Below are positions 9,981 to 18,960 of a DNA stretch of 64,000 bases, piece after piece. Positions within the stretch are counted from its first letter, which is position 1. Each line of letters opens with the position of its first letter. The DNA comes from an uncultured Chloroflexia bacterium (GTDB lineage: Bacteria > Chloroflexota > Limnocylindria > Limnocylindrales > CSP1-4), in assembly GCA_963780425.1 (NCBI GenBank), contig CAWABZ010000008.1:192931-256930 (forward strand). The letters are read 5' to 3'. The position numbers and the translations under genes are program-made. The notes beneath the pieces were generated by a model that made no database searches, was not told the DNA's origin, and worked only from the letters and a program-made list of their open reading frames with translations.

Positions 9981-10663
9981 GGGAGGCGCCCTGCTTCGGC
10001 CTTCGGTTCGGCCTGACCTGCCGCCTGCGCCGCTTCCCAGTCCCGGCGGAACTGGACGATGCCCTTGTCCGTGAGCGGGTGATGGATCATCTGCGTCAGG
10101 ACCTTGAGGGGTACCGTCGCGATATGGGCGCCGGCAAGCGCGGCCTCGGTCATGTGACGTGGGCTGCGAATCGAGGCGGCGAGCACCTCTGTGTGGAGGT
10201 CGTAGGTCTCGACGATCGCGACGAGCTCGCGGACGACCTCCATGCCGTCCTGGTTGATGTCATCGAGCCGACCGACGAAGGGCGACAGGAGCGAGGCGCC
10301 AGCCTTGGCCGCCAGGAGTCCCTGGTTGGCGCTGAAGATCAGCGTGCAGTTGGTCTTGATCCCCTCTTCGGCCAACCGGGCGATCGCCTCGAGCCCCTCC
10401 TCACTCATCGGGACCTTGACGAAGATGTTCGGTGCCAGCTTCGCGAAGTGGCGGCCCTCCCGGAGCATGCCCTCGACGTCGTCGGCCACGACTTCCGCGC
10501 TGACCGGCCCGGGCGTGATCTGACAGATCTCCCTGAGGACGTCGTCGTAGCTGCCGCCGACCTTGGCGAAGAGCGAGGGGTTGGTGGTGACCCCGTCCAG
10601 CACGCCCCAGCGGGCGGCGGTGCGGATCTCATCGATCCCGGCGGTATCCAGGAAGATCTTCAT
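9968..10663 (-). CDS. fsa: fructose-6-phosphate aldolase / type 3B transaldolase
   Basis: [13 protein letters not shown]...GVTTNPSL...KVPMSEEGL...TNCTLIFS...[12 protein letters not shown] 10663 within ORF 9968..10693 is the start. Intact. Confidence 0.9.
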   Translation of the reverse strand: MKIFLDTAGIDEIRTAARWGVLDGVTTNPSLFAKVGGSYDDVLREICQITPGPVSAEVVADDVEGMLREGRHFAKLAPNIFVKVPMSEEGLEAIARLAEEGIKTNCTLIFSANQGLLAAKAGASLLSPFVGRLDDINQDGMEVVRELVAIVETYDLHTEVLAASIRSPRHMTEAALAGAHIATVPLKVLTQMIHHPLTDKGIVQFRRDWEAAQAAGQAEPKAEAGRLPCLG

Positions 10664-10779
10664 CGTCGGTCCTTTGATGCCTGCTTCGGTCAACGTGCTT
10701 GAGAGTCGCGGGGTTGGGCCCGTCGACGGCTTCGTCGTCCAAAGTTGGGCGCAAGACTTGAAGGACCGGCCGAATTGAC

Positions 10780-10796
10780 ATGAACGCTCGGTGAAC
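10780..10796 (-). promoter_or_regulatory. direct repeat ATGAACgctcgGTGAAC upstream of the fsa/PTS operon
   Basis: Units start at 10780 and 10791 (11-bp phase), 117-133 nt upstream of ATG 10663. A further ATGAAT at 10808 is out of phase. Confidence 0.4.
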
Positions 10797-10907
10797 GTCT
10801 GGCGGCGATGAATACGAGTGGTGGCGAAGCCCGAGGGTCGCCTGGCCTTCGCTTGGCAAGGCGGTCGAGCCCCCGGCCCAGCCTCGTCGTGTCACGGACG
10901 GACCTGA

Positions 10908-11474
10908 TCAAGGCCCCGGCTTATCGACGGTCACCTGGGGCATGCCGACGTCATCCGGACGCGACATCCGGCGCTTCGTCGTCGGGCGACGATGCCCGGA
11001 GCCGCCGGAAACGCGATCGCCGCTTCGCGCCGGCCAGCTCATCGACGTTACGAGAGGGCAGGTCGATGACGACCTCCGGCATCCCGGCGGTCGACCCGGG
11101 CGAAAGCTGTGTAGCTCGCGTGGCGCGACTCGACGGAGGGTGCGCAGTCCAATGCGCGTGAGCGAGGTGGTTATACGCTCGGCGAGCAGCTCGTCGCCTT
11201 CGACCTGCAGCGCACGCGATCGGACCGGTCGCTGCGCGGGACCGCGGAGCACGGCGCCTGAGGTCACGTCGAACTGGCTGCCATGGCAAGCGCAGGTCAC
11301 GGTGGTTCCCTCGAGGTCGCCATTCGCCAGCGAGCAGCCCATGTGTGTGCAGGTGTCGTCGATCGCGTAGAGGTGTCCGCTTGAATTCGAGACGTTGACC
11401 TTCGTCCCGTCAACAACGAAGACACGCATCTCACCGTCTGCGACATCTGTCGCCGTTCCGATCCGCACCAACAT
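10908..11474 (-). CDS. Rieske [2Fe-2S] ferredoxin with an anomalous Arg-rich C-terminal extension
   Basis: The cluster ligands are CTHMGCS...CACHGSQF. The recognisable domain ends near ...LQVEGDELLAER (about 11170). The remaining ~85 codons are low-complexity, so the natural stop may have been lost. Confidence 0.7.
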   Translation of the reverse strand: MLVRIGTATDVADGEMRVFVVDGTKVNVSNSSGHLYAIDDTCTHMGCSLANGDLEGTTVTCACHGSQFDVTSGAVLRGPAQRPVRSRALQVEGDELLAERITTSLTRIGLRTLRRVAPRELHSFRPGRPPGCRRSSSTCPLVTSMSWPARSGDRVSGGSGHRRPTTKRRMSRPDDVGMPQVTVDKPGP

Positions 11475-11542
11475 GACTTGACCTCCGATCACTCTCCATG
11501 GAGATATCGGGACCCGTGGGCCCCTGGTTGAGCGGCGCGGCT

Positions 11543-12798
11543 CTACCCAACGGCCGTCGCCGATGGAGGCGTGAGCGCTTCGAGGTCGTCGATCGGGACC
11601 GTCGGGTCGATGAGCCTCTCGACGACAACCTGCTCCTGTGACGCAACCAACGCCGCGATGGCGTCGTTGACCTGCCAGACGTTGGCGTTCATGCCGGCCA
11701 CGACGCGGCCATCGAGGAGCCAGAAGGCGACGAACGCGCGACTGGCTGGTTCGCCCCGGAAGACGACGCGATCCCAGCGCGGCGCGTAGCCGGCGTACTC
11801 CATGCCGAGGTCGTACTGGTCCGAATAGAAGTACGGGATCCTGGCGTATGCCTCGGCATGACCGAGCATGTTTCGGGCCGCCGTTCGGCCTTGGCGTCGT
11901 GCGTTGTCCCAGTGCTCGACGCGCAGACGCGCGTGGAGCAATGGGTGCTAGATGGCCGCGACATCTCCAGCGGCGTAGATCCCGGGTGCGCTGGTCTTGA
12001 GGCGCTCATTGACGTTGATCCCGTTACCGACGTCCAGCCCCGCATCCCGAGCGAGGCTGGTCCGCGGCGCAGCACCAATGCCAACGACAATCAGATCGCC
12101 TCCGATCCTTGTGCCATCAGCCGTCTCTACGGCCTCGACCGCGGTCTGACCTCGGAACGCAGCGACGCGCTGGTTCATGACAAGCTCGACCCCGCGCTCG
12201 GCGTGAATCTCCACGATAGACACCGCCCACCTCGGCCCCGAGCACGCGCTCCAACGGGACGGACTCCTCGGCGATCATCGCCACAGGAAGCCCGAGCTGA
12301 CGGAGCGAGGCCGCGACCTCGGCCCCGATCCAACCTCCACCGACGACGACGACCCGGTCGCGCCACGAGTGCTGCCCGTCGGATTGCATCGGCATCTTCG
12401 AGCGATCGCAGATAGTGAACACCCGCGAGGTCGGAGCCCGGGATGTCCAGCTTCCGCGGACTGGCGCCGGTGGCGAGCAGGAGACGGTCGAATGCGACGC
12501 GGCTGCCATCGTCGAGCCGAAGCTGCATTGCTGTCGGCTCGATCGACTTGACCCGTGTCGACACGTGCAGGTCGATCCGATGCTCGTCGTACGAAGCCGG
12601 CGGACGGACGAACACCGCGTCGAGCTCGCTCTCGCCGCGGAGGTAGTCCTTCGACAGCGGTGGCCGCAGATAGGGCAGCAGCGGCTCGTCGCCGAACATC
12701 GCGATCCCGCCGTCGTAGCCGTCCTTGCGAAGCGCCTCCGCGGCCTTGGCGCCAGCCAGGCCAGCGCCGACGATCGCGATCGATTTGAGAGCAGTCAT
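11543..12798 (-). pseudogene. FAD-dependent ferredoxin/rubredoxin reductase (pyridine nucleotide-disulfide oxidoreductase), 2 frameshifts plus an in-frame TAG
   Basis: IAIVGAGLAGAKAAE (FAD) is in 12175..12798. VVVVGGGWIGAEVAA (NAD) is in 12117..12509. ...IYAAGDVAAI is in 11948..12223. A TAG at 11950..11948 in the same frame is followed by HPLLHARLRVEHWDNA... (11543..11941). Shifts are at about 12360 and 12225. Confidence 0.85.
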
Positions 12799-12813
12799 TC
12801 CGACAGTCTCCGG

Positions 12814-13187
12814 CTACTCAGAGCTCGCTTCGACCAGGACGCTGCCCTGCATGTCCTTGGGATGCAGCGAGCAGTCGTAGCGGTACAGACCGGCTCGGTA
12901 AAGGCGTGGGTGACGCTCTCGCCCGGCTTCATCATCTGGACCTCGCCGCCGTCCAGCAGGCGCACTGAGTGGGTGAAGTTGTCGTTGTTCGTCCAGGTGA
13001 CCGTGGTGCCGACCGGGACGGTGATGTCCTCGGGCGCAAACTTGTACGACCTCGGCAGGTCGACCTGGTTCGTGGCCACTGGAGCGGCGGGTGCGGCGGC
13101 CTGACACGCGGCTGCGAGCAGCACCGCGAAGAGGATGGCGAGTGCCGGGCGGAGGGGATACCCGGCACTCGCGCGGAGGAGAAGCAT
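12814..13187 (-). pseudogene. lipoprotein-type cupredoxin (amicyanin/plastocyanin-like), one frameshift
   Basis: It has the signal/lipobox MLLLRAS...LLAAAC, the cupredoxin core TVTWTNNDNFTHSV, and copper ligands in the alternative frame (GLYRYDCSLHPKDMQG, ORF 12814..13107). It is repairable by GG to GGG at about 12894. Confidence 0.7.
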
Positions 13188-13192
13188 GGTGG

Positions 13193-13489
13193 TCAGCGCC
13201 CAGCCGCGTTGGCGGTCATGCGTCGCGCCGCCCAAACGAAGATGAGGATGAACGCCAAGAGGTCGAGGACTTCGCTGATCGTGTGAGCGAACAGGAAGAC
13301 CGTCCAGTCGAGGTGGTAGGTCATGTAGCTGAGTTCGGCCAGCGCGAACAGGCTGAAACCCCAGCCGAGCAGGCTTTGCCCGGCGCCGAACGAGCGCCAG
13401 GCGAAGTAGGCTCCGATGAGGAAGGCCGTCGCATGGATCGCCAGAAAGCCCAAGGCGGGAATCTGGTTGACGAAGTCACCGAATGGCAT
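13193..13489 (-). CDS. small hydrophobic membrane protein, hypothetical
   Basis: ORF 13193..13522, with three predicted hydrophobic spans. The start at MPFGDF is a guess. Confidence 0.4.
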   Translation of the reverse strand: MPFGDFVNQIPALGFLAIHATAFLIGAYFAWRSFGAGQSLLGWGFSLFALAELSYMTYHLDWTVFLFAHTISEVLDLLAFILIFVWAARRMTANAAGR

Positions 13490-13772
13490 CGAAGTGCCTC
13501 CCTTGAGTTGCGGTCTCGCCATGACGGCGACCTGAGCGGACGCCGTCGACGACGACGCCGATGAGCACGAGGGTCATGCCGACGAAGACCACCAGGTGCG
13601 CGGACAGCTGCGGGCCTGTCATCGCTCCGTGGTCGTGATCGAGCGCTGGGTCCAGGTGGGCAAGCAGGTCTGCCGCGAATCCCAAGACCATGACGGCCAA
13701 TCCGATCTGCGATCCGATCGGGAGTTGACGGGCCACACTCGATACACGTCGGATGGCAGCGATTGCGGGCAT
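13476..13772 (-). CDS. small membrane protein with a His-rich loop (DHDHG), hypothetical
   Basis: ATG 13772 within ORF 13476..14129, with two hydrophobic spans. It is the first gene of the cupredoxin operon. Confidence 0.4.
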   Translation of the reverse strand: MPAIAAIRRVSSVARQLPIGSQIGLAVMVLGFAADLLAHLDPALDHDHGAMTGPQLSAHLVVFVGMTLVLIGVVVDGVRSGRRHGETATQGRHFDAIR

Positions 13773-13860
13773 TGGCTCTCCGTTCGGGTGGGTGGCCGAT
13801 GGCTTCCATCGGCACGTCCGTGACGCTAGGAGCCACGCCTGTACCGCGGCAGAAATCGCG

Positions 13861-13877
13861 GTGAACGGCGCGTGAAT
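13861..13877 (-). promoter_or_regulatory. direct repeat GTGAACggcgcGTGAAT upstream of the membrane-protein/cupredoxin operon
   Basis: Units start at 13861 and 13872, 89-105 nt upstream of ATG 13772. Confidence 0.45.
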
Positions 13878-13936
13878 ATCGGCGGCGCGCGCGCGTGATG
13901 AGATGCGAGCGCCCGGGCGAGCATCACCACCAGGCG

Positions 13937-14821
13937 TCAGGCGGTCAGCCGAGGCCAGTTGGCGACGGACGATGAGATGGACACCCTGCGAGTACGTCCT
14001 CGACCGCGTCGGTGGCCAGCCCGATCGAGCGTCTCGGAGTTGGGAGACCCGTCTCGCGGGAATCGAGCTGGGCGCCGTCCGCGCGGCTTGACCACACCGC
14101 GGTACTGGTGGATGACGAGCAGCGCACAAGTGAGGAGCGCAACGGCTACACCCAGTGCGACCGCGACCAGCATCAACGATCCGAGCCGCAGGGCGACGAT
14201 GCCAGCGAGGATCCCTGCGACCACGCCATTGATGACCGCAAGCATTCCGGGGGTCGTGACGAATACATGGGCGAGGCTGCCCGGACCGGGGGTCGCGCCG
14301 TACGTGGCCATGACGCCTGGTTCATCGTCGTTCGACCCGGTGATGAAGTAGTCCCGAAGCTCGGGCGCCATCTCCAGGTAGGCGTGGCGCAGCATGTTCA
14401 TGCCAACCACCCAACCCACGTCTTCACGGTTGATGGCGACAAGCCGCGCGAATGACACAACTCCAACAAACAGGACGACAGGCAGGATCAGAAGCGCGAA
14501 CGTCACGAACCCATCGCCGAACGCGGTGGCCTGGGCGACGAGGGCAAGAGCAACCACTGCGCCGGACAACACCGACAGGAACATCGACCCGCGGCTGAAT
14601 GACTCGTTCCAGGACAGCGACCGGGTCGAGAGCAGACTCCAGTGCTCGGTCGTGAGGATCTGCAGGCGCAGGGCGGGCGACGCGTGATGCCCGCCTTCGT
14701 CAAGGAGGACGGCTTTCGCACCTCCTTCGTCGGGACCGTCTACACGCTCGCCGGACACCAAATCCCTCCTTGTCACTAGGCATCGAGCATGGAAGGCCTG
14801 CGGAAACATCGGGACGAACAC
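13937..14821 (-). CDS. polytopic membrane protein, hypothetical
   Basis: 294-aa ORF with several long hydrophobic segments. No family was recognised and the start is uncertain. Confidence 0.45.
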   Translation of the reverse strand: MFVPMFPQAFHARCLVTRRDLVSGERVDGPDEGGAKAVLLDEGGHHASPALRLQILTTEHWSLLSTRSLSWNESFSRGSMFLSVLSGAVVALALVAQATAFGDGFVTFALLILPVVLFVGVVSFARLVAINREDVGWVVGMNMLRHAYLEMAPELRDYFITGSNDDEPGVMATYGATPGPGSLAHVFVTTPGMLAVINGVVAGILAGIVALRLGSLMLVAVALGVAVALLTCALLVIHQYRGVVKPRGRRPARFPRDGSPNSETLDRAGHRRGRGRTRRVSISSSVANWPRLTA

Positions 14822-15715
14822 AAATCAACAGGGCATGAATGACGCGGCAGTCCGATCGAGCGAGCTCACGACGCTCTCGGATCAGGCCGAGCTCGATGCG
14901 CCGTGGGACTTGTGCCCGATCGGGGCGGCCGGACGCCTCGCAGTGGCGCGATAGATGGCGCCGGCTCTCGCCCGTCGACAGGTTCGACTGCCGATGGTGG
15001 CTAGGTATGCGGCCAGCATCGTTCACGATCCATTCACGTGAGTTCCTCGAGTCATTCGGCCTCGCCTCTGACGATGTAGACATGAACAGCACCGTCCGGC
15101 CTACCCGTCATCGCGATCGTCCACCAGCAAATCCGATGGACTACGTCGCCAGAAGGCTCTCCTCGCTCCCGATGGTCGGGGGCGCCTTCTTAGCGATCCT
15201 GGGCGCTGGCCTCCTCGAATCGGCGGGAGTGCCCAGTCCAGGCGCGATGGCAGCGGGCTTTGTTGTCTTCTTCGTATCCGCGTTGGCGGCCGACGTGACC
15301 CTCGGCCGCCTGATCCGTCAACGCGGGAACGGTCCGTGGTGAGTACGGCGTCGATGGACCCGCATCCGAGGACGACGCTTCTGATTCGCTCGGGGCAGCC
15401 CGACCGGCAGCCGTCTGGCATTGCGCGCCACGTCTCCCGCGTTGCGGCTTGGACCCGCCTCGAGGATGAGTTGCGATCGATCGCCGTCGATCTCTTGGGG
15501 CCGAATGAGACAGACGAGCTTCCCGAAGCAATGTGCCGAGTGGGTTGCAGCGACGACCCAGAAAGCGATATCGGGTATCTGCGATGCGGCACTTGATGGG
15601 CTCGTCCGGGCCCTCGATTCGCTCCTCGTCGACGTCCCGCCCGACGTCGCGCGTCGACTCGACGAGGCCAGGATCCGGCACGACGCCGGATACACCTGAG
15701 CCAGGAGACCGTGTC

Positions 15716-16106
15716 ATGACCGTTTCGAATGTCCGCCTCCAACGTGCATACGACGAACCGGGACCGAATGACGGACGCCGCGTACTCGTGGACCGCGTCT
15801 GGCCGCGCGGAAGGTCGAAGGAGCATCTTCGGCTCGACGCGTGGGAACGAGACCTCGGCCCGAGCACCGAGCTCCGCCAATGGTTCGGCCATGACCCGGA
15901 GCGCTGGCGGGAGTTTCAGGCGCGGTACCACCTGGAGCTGGCACAACCTGATACGCGCGCAGACGCTGGACGGACTCGCTGCCGCGGCTCGCCTGGGCCC
16001 GGTCACCCTCGTCTATGGGGCCCGCGATCGCGAGCACAACCAGGCCCAGGTCATCGCCGACGAGATCGAGCGTCGGCTTGCATCGACGCCCAAGGGCGAG
16101 CGGTAG
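15716..16106 (+). pseudogene. DUF488 family protein, one frameshift
   Basis: RAYDEPGPNDGRRVLVDRVWPRGRSKE...WFGHDPERWREFQARY is in frame 15533..16171. The C-terminus LVYGARDREHNQAQVIADEIE is in frame 15729..16106. The shift is at about 15950 and the length is 391 nt. Confidence 0.75.
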
Positions 16107-16406
16107 GGACGGCGCCAGCGGTCGCGTCAATCGGGAGGCTGCACCTGCGGTTACGCGAGTGGATCTTCTGATTTTCCGTCTCGCCTCAAGTCCCAGCAAG
16201 CCGCGAGCGCGAGTGCATCACCGACGGCCGGCGACCTCCACCATGCACACGGATACCTCGAGAGCGAAGGAGGCGGTCGACCCGCGAAGCGGCCCTCGGC
16301 CCCGTAGGTCGTCAGGGCGGCGCCGATCCACGGTTCACACGCACGCTCGTACGCTGTACGAGCGCAGGGCGTCCACGGGATCGGCTCGGCGCGAACGTGC
16401 GTAGTC

Positions 16407-17102
16407 CTAGGGCGGAGCGATGAATCGGTATCCGAGGCCACGTTCGGTCTGGATGTAGCGTGGGGAGTCCGATGAGTCGCCGAGCTTGTCGCGGAGCCTG
16501 ACGGATGTAGACCCGGATGTAGTCGACCTCGTCGACATACTCGCGTCCCCAGACCTTGGCCAGGAGCGTGCCGTGCTCGAGGATATGGCCCGCGTTTCGC
16601 ACGAGGTGATAGAGGAGCTTGTACTCGGTCGGGGTCAGGTCCAGCCGCGTGCCGTCGAGTCGCGCCTCCTGCTTCGCGAAGTCGACCTCGAGATCCCCGG
16701 ATTTGAAGGATGGGACACGACTGGCGGGAGCTGGCATCTCCAGGCGCCGCAGGACCGCCTTGACCCTCGCCATCAACTCGAGATGGTTGAAGGGCTTGGT
16801 GACGTAGTCGTCAGCTCCGAGCTCGAGACCCTTGACCTTGTCCATCGCGTCATCGCGTGCCGTGAGCATCACGACCGGGACGTCGGAGAACGCCCGAATC
16901 TGCCGAAGCACCTCGATAACCATCGATGCCGGGCAGGCCCACATCAAGCAGAACGATGTCGGGATGCTCCCGCTCGACAATGTCCAGCGCGGCCTCGCCC
17001 TCGCCGGCCCCGAGGACATCGACGTCGCGCCACTGCAGCATGAAATCCAAGACGGACCGACTCGACGACATCAGGTTCGTCGTCGACAACGAGGATCCGC
17101 AT
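16407..17102 (-). pseudogene. OmpR/PhoB-family response regulator, 3 same-direction frameshifts
   Basis: MRILVVDDEPDVVESV runs from ATG 17102. HPDIVLLDVGLPGIDG is in 16850..17089. VVMLTARDD...GADDYVTKPF...LTPTEYKLLYHL is in 16312..17019. The final frame reads RLRDKLGDSSDSPRYIQTERGLGYRFIAPP and then TAG at 16409..16407. Shifts are at about 17045, 16925 and 16497. The net length of 696 nt is a multiple of 3. Confidence 0.85.
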
Positions 17103-18105
17103 CACGCCCCCTGAGGCGGTCCGGCCGCCGGAACGACCAGGGTAAACGTGCTTCCGCGACCCGGCCGGCTCCGGACCTCGATCGAGCCGCCATGCGCCTG
17201 GGCGATCGCGAGAGCTCTCGGTAGTCCGAGCCCAACGCCTTCCTGTGGGCTGTTCGGGTCATGACGCCCGACGAAGAATCGCTCGAACAGGTGTGCCTGG
17301 TCCGCAGCGGAGATGCCCGGTCCGTCGTCGGTCACCGACCAGCGGATCATGCCGTCGGTGGAACGGTTGAGTCGCACCGTGATGCGCCCTCCGTCTGGCG
17401 CGAAGTGATGGGCATTGGCGACGAGGTTCAGCAGCGCCCGATCGAGGCGCGGGCGGTCGCCGAACACGCGCAGGCGCAGGACCGCGCGGGATGCGCAGCA
17501 CAACGGTCTGCCTTCGGCCTTCAGCAAGCGGCCGGATCGTCGACACAGCTGACTCGGCGAGCTCGGTCGCGTCGAACTGGCGGAGCTGGAGCCCGATGGT
17601 CCCGGCTCGATAGCGAGCAAGGTCGAGGACTTCGCCGATGAGATGCTGCATCCGCTCCGCGTTTCGCTCCATGGTCTCGAGCATCGTGCGGCGCTGCTCG
17701 GCTGTCGGGTTGGACGCCGGGTCGAGCAATAGACCCGTACAGGGTTCGCATCACGGTGATCGGCGTTCGCAACTCATGCGCAATGATGGAAGGAAGTCGG
17801 TGCGCATCCGCTCCAGGTCCTTCATCGGACCCGCAGCCTCAGTCCAGGCACCGTGCTCGACCAGGCGCCGGCCGAGACTCGAGAGGACATACTCTCGAGC
17901 GGGTTCACCCCGAGCGATCCGAACCAGACCCAGCGAATTCAAGCTCGACCAGCAGATCCTCGGCGATGCCGGGCCGCAGGTCGGCGCCATTCTCGGAGAA
18001 TCGACTCTCGAGATCGGCGGCTGTTGCCCCGACCCGGATCAGCGCGAGCGCGGCAACAGCCAAGGGCGAAGTCCCTGTGCCGGGCGTCGTCATGTAGCTG
18101 AGCAT
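17102..18105 (-). pseudogene. cytoplasmic sensor histidine kinase, about 4 frameshifts
   Basis: The H-box IIAHELRTPITV, N-box LLNLVANAHHF, G-boxes DDGPGI and GLGLPRALAIAQAHGG are spread over four frames (ORFs 17905.., 17751.., 17521.., 17259.., 17102..). No transmembrane segment is present. Shifts are at about 17940, 17775, 17735 and 17485. Confidence 0.8.
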
Positions 18106-18113
18106 ACGACTCG

Positions 18114-18564
18114 CTACTCGACCGAGAGGACCGTGATGACTCGCGGTCCTGCTGGCGCCATGACCTCGACCCTGTCGCCGGGGGCGCAGCCCATCACAGC
18201 GGCTCCGAGGGGTGAATCGGCCGAGATCCAGCCTTGGACCGGATCGCCATCGCCAGGGAACACCAACGCGTAGGTGACCGAGTCGCCTTCCTCCTCGAGG
18301 AGCGTCACTCGCCGCCCGATCACGGCTCGGTCCGGTTCGTGAACCTTGTCGGGCGGCATCGAGCACCGCGGAAAGGACGTCCAATCGGCGGGCGGCCTTG
18401 AAGACCGGGAGATGGACGACGCCGTCGTTCGGGGCGCCGGCCTCGGCGAGCACGGCGAGGTCGATCCGTAGCTGGCCAAGCTCATCGACGAGCGTGAGCC
18501 AGGCTTCTCCGGTCATCGGCCAGCGTTGGTTGGCTGAGGCCTGTCGGATCGCCGGCTCGTTCAT
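18114..18564 (-). pseudogene. GreA/GreB-family (Rnk-like) protein, one frameshift
   Basis: The C-terminal domain AVIGRRVTLLEEEGDSVTYALVFPGDGDPVQGWISADSPLGAAVMGCAPGDRVEV is in ORF 18114..18485. The N-terminal helical part is in the frame of 17905..18570. The shift is at about 18370. Confidence 0.6.
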
Positions 18565-18566
18565 GG

Positions 18567-18722
18567 TCACATGACCTCCTCGTCATAGGAACAGATGCAC
18601 GGTCCTCCCGCGACGCAGCCAGAGCAGCAGAACGGAAGGCCGACATGGAAGACCGCGTTCCCGACGATCTCGATTTCGCAGGAAACACAGGTAAAGGGGT
18701 ATTCGGTGCTCAGGCGGCGCAT
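18567..18722 (-). CDS. 51-aa seven-cysteine metal-binding mini-protein (TRASH/YHS- or SmtA-like zinc ribbon)
   Basis: MRRLSTEYPFTCVSCEIEIVGNAVFHVGLPFCCSGCVAGGPCICSYDEEVM. ATG 18722 lies within ORF 18567..19124, and the stop is 3 nt from the GreA-like ATG. It has a paralog at 30375..30620. Confidence 0.6.
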   Translation of the reverse strand: MRRLSTEYPFTCVSCEIEIVGNAVFHVGLPFCCSGCVAGGPCICSYDEEVM

Positions 18723-18825
18723 GGGGGACCTCGTGGTGAGACGGCTCAGCGCACTGACGCGTGGCCGTCCCATGGACGTGTCCAGCGAAGCTACTGACGC
18801 GGCCTGAAGGCCCTCGGGAACTCGC

Positions 18826-18842
18826 ATGAAAAAAGCGTGAAC
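18826..18842 (-). promoter_or_regulatory. direct repeat ATGAAAaaagcGTGAAC upstream of the 7-Cys operon
   Basis: Units start at 18826 and 18837, 104-120 nt upstream of ATG 18722. Confidence 0.35.
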
Positions 18843-18863
18843 TCGGCCCGATGCCGCCCGCTC

Positions 18864-18903
18864 ATTCACACGTCCGTTCATGTGCGTCCACGTGTTCGTT
18901 CGT
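18864..18903 (+). promoter_or_regulatory. cluster of RTTCRY hexamers upstream of gdh
   Basis: The hexamers are ATTCAC at 18864, GTTCAT at 18876, GTCCAC at 18886, and GTTCGT at 18894 and 18898. They lie 58-97 nt upstream of ATG 18961, and the spacing of 10-12 bp is less regular than at the other sites. Confidence 0.35.
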
Positions 18904-18960
18904 GTGCTGACGTGACCCTTGGGCGACATCGTCAGACGATCGACGTGCGTGGAGGCAGCG

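Noticed and set aside
15101-16006. 301-aa minus-strand ORF and neighbouring ORFs (15190..15867, 14700..15092) between the membrane protein and DUF488
   Set aside because: They are extremely Arg/Ser/Pro-rich with no motifs and overlap the DUF488 gene on the other strand. A short plus-strand hydrophobic ORF (15082..15342) and 15336..15699 may be real, but I could not support them.
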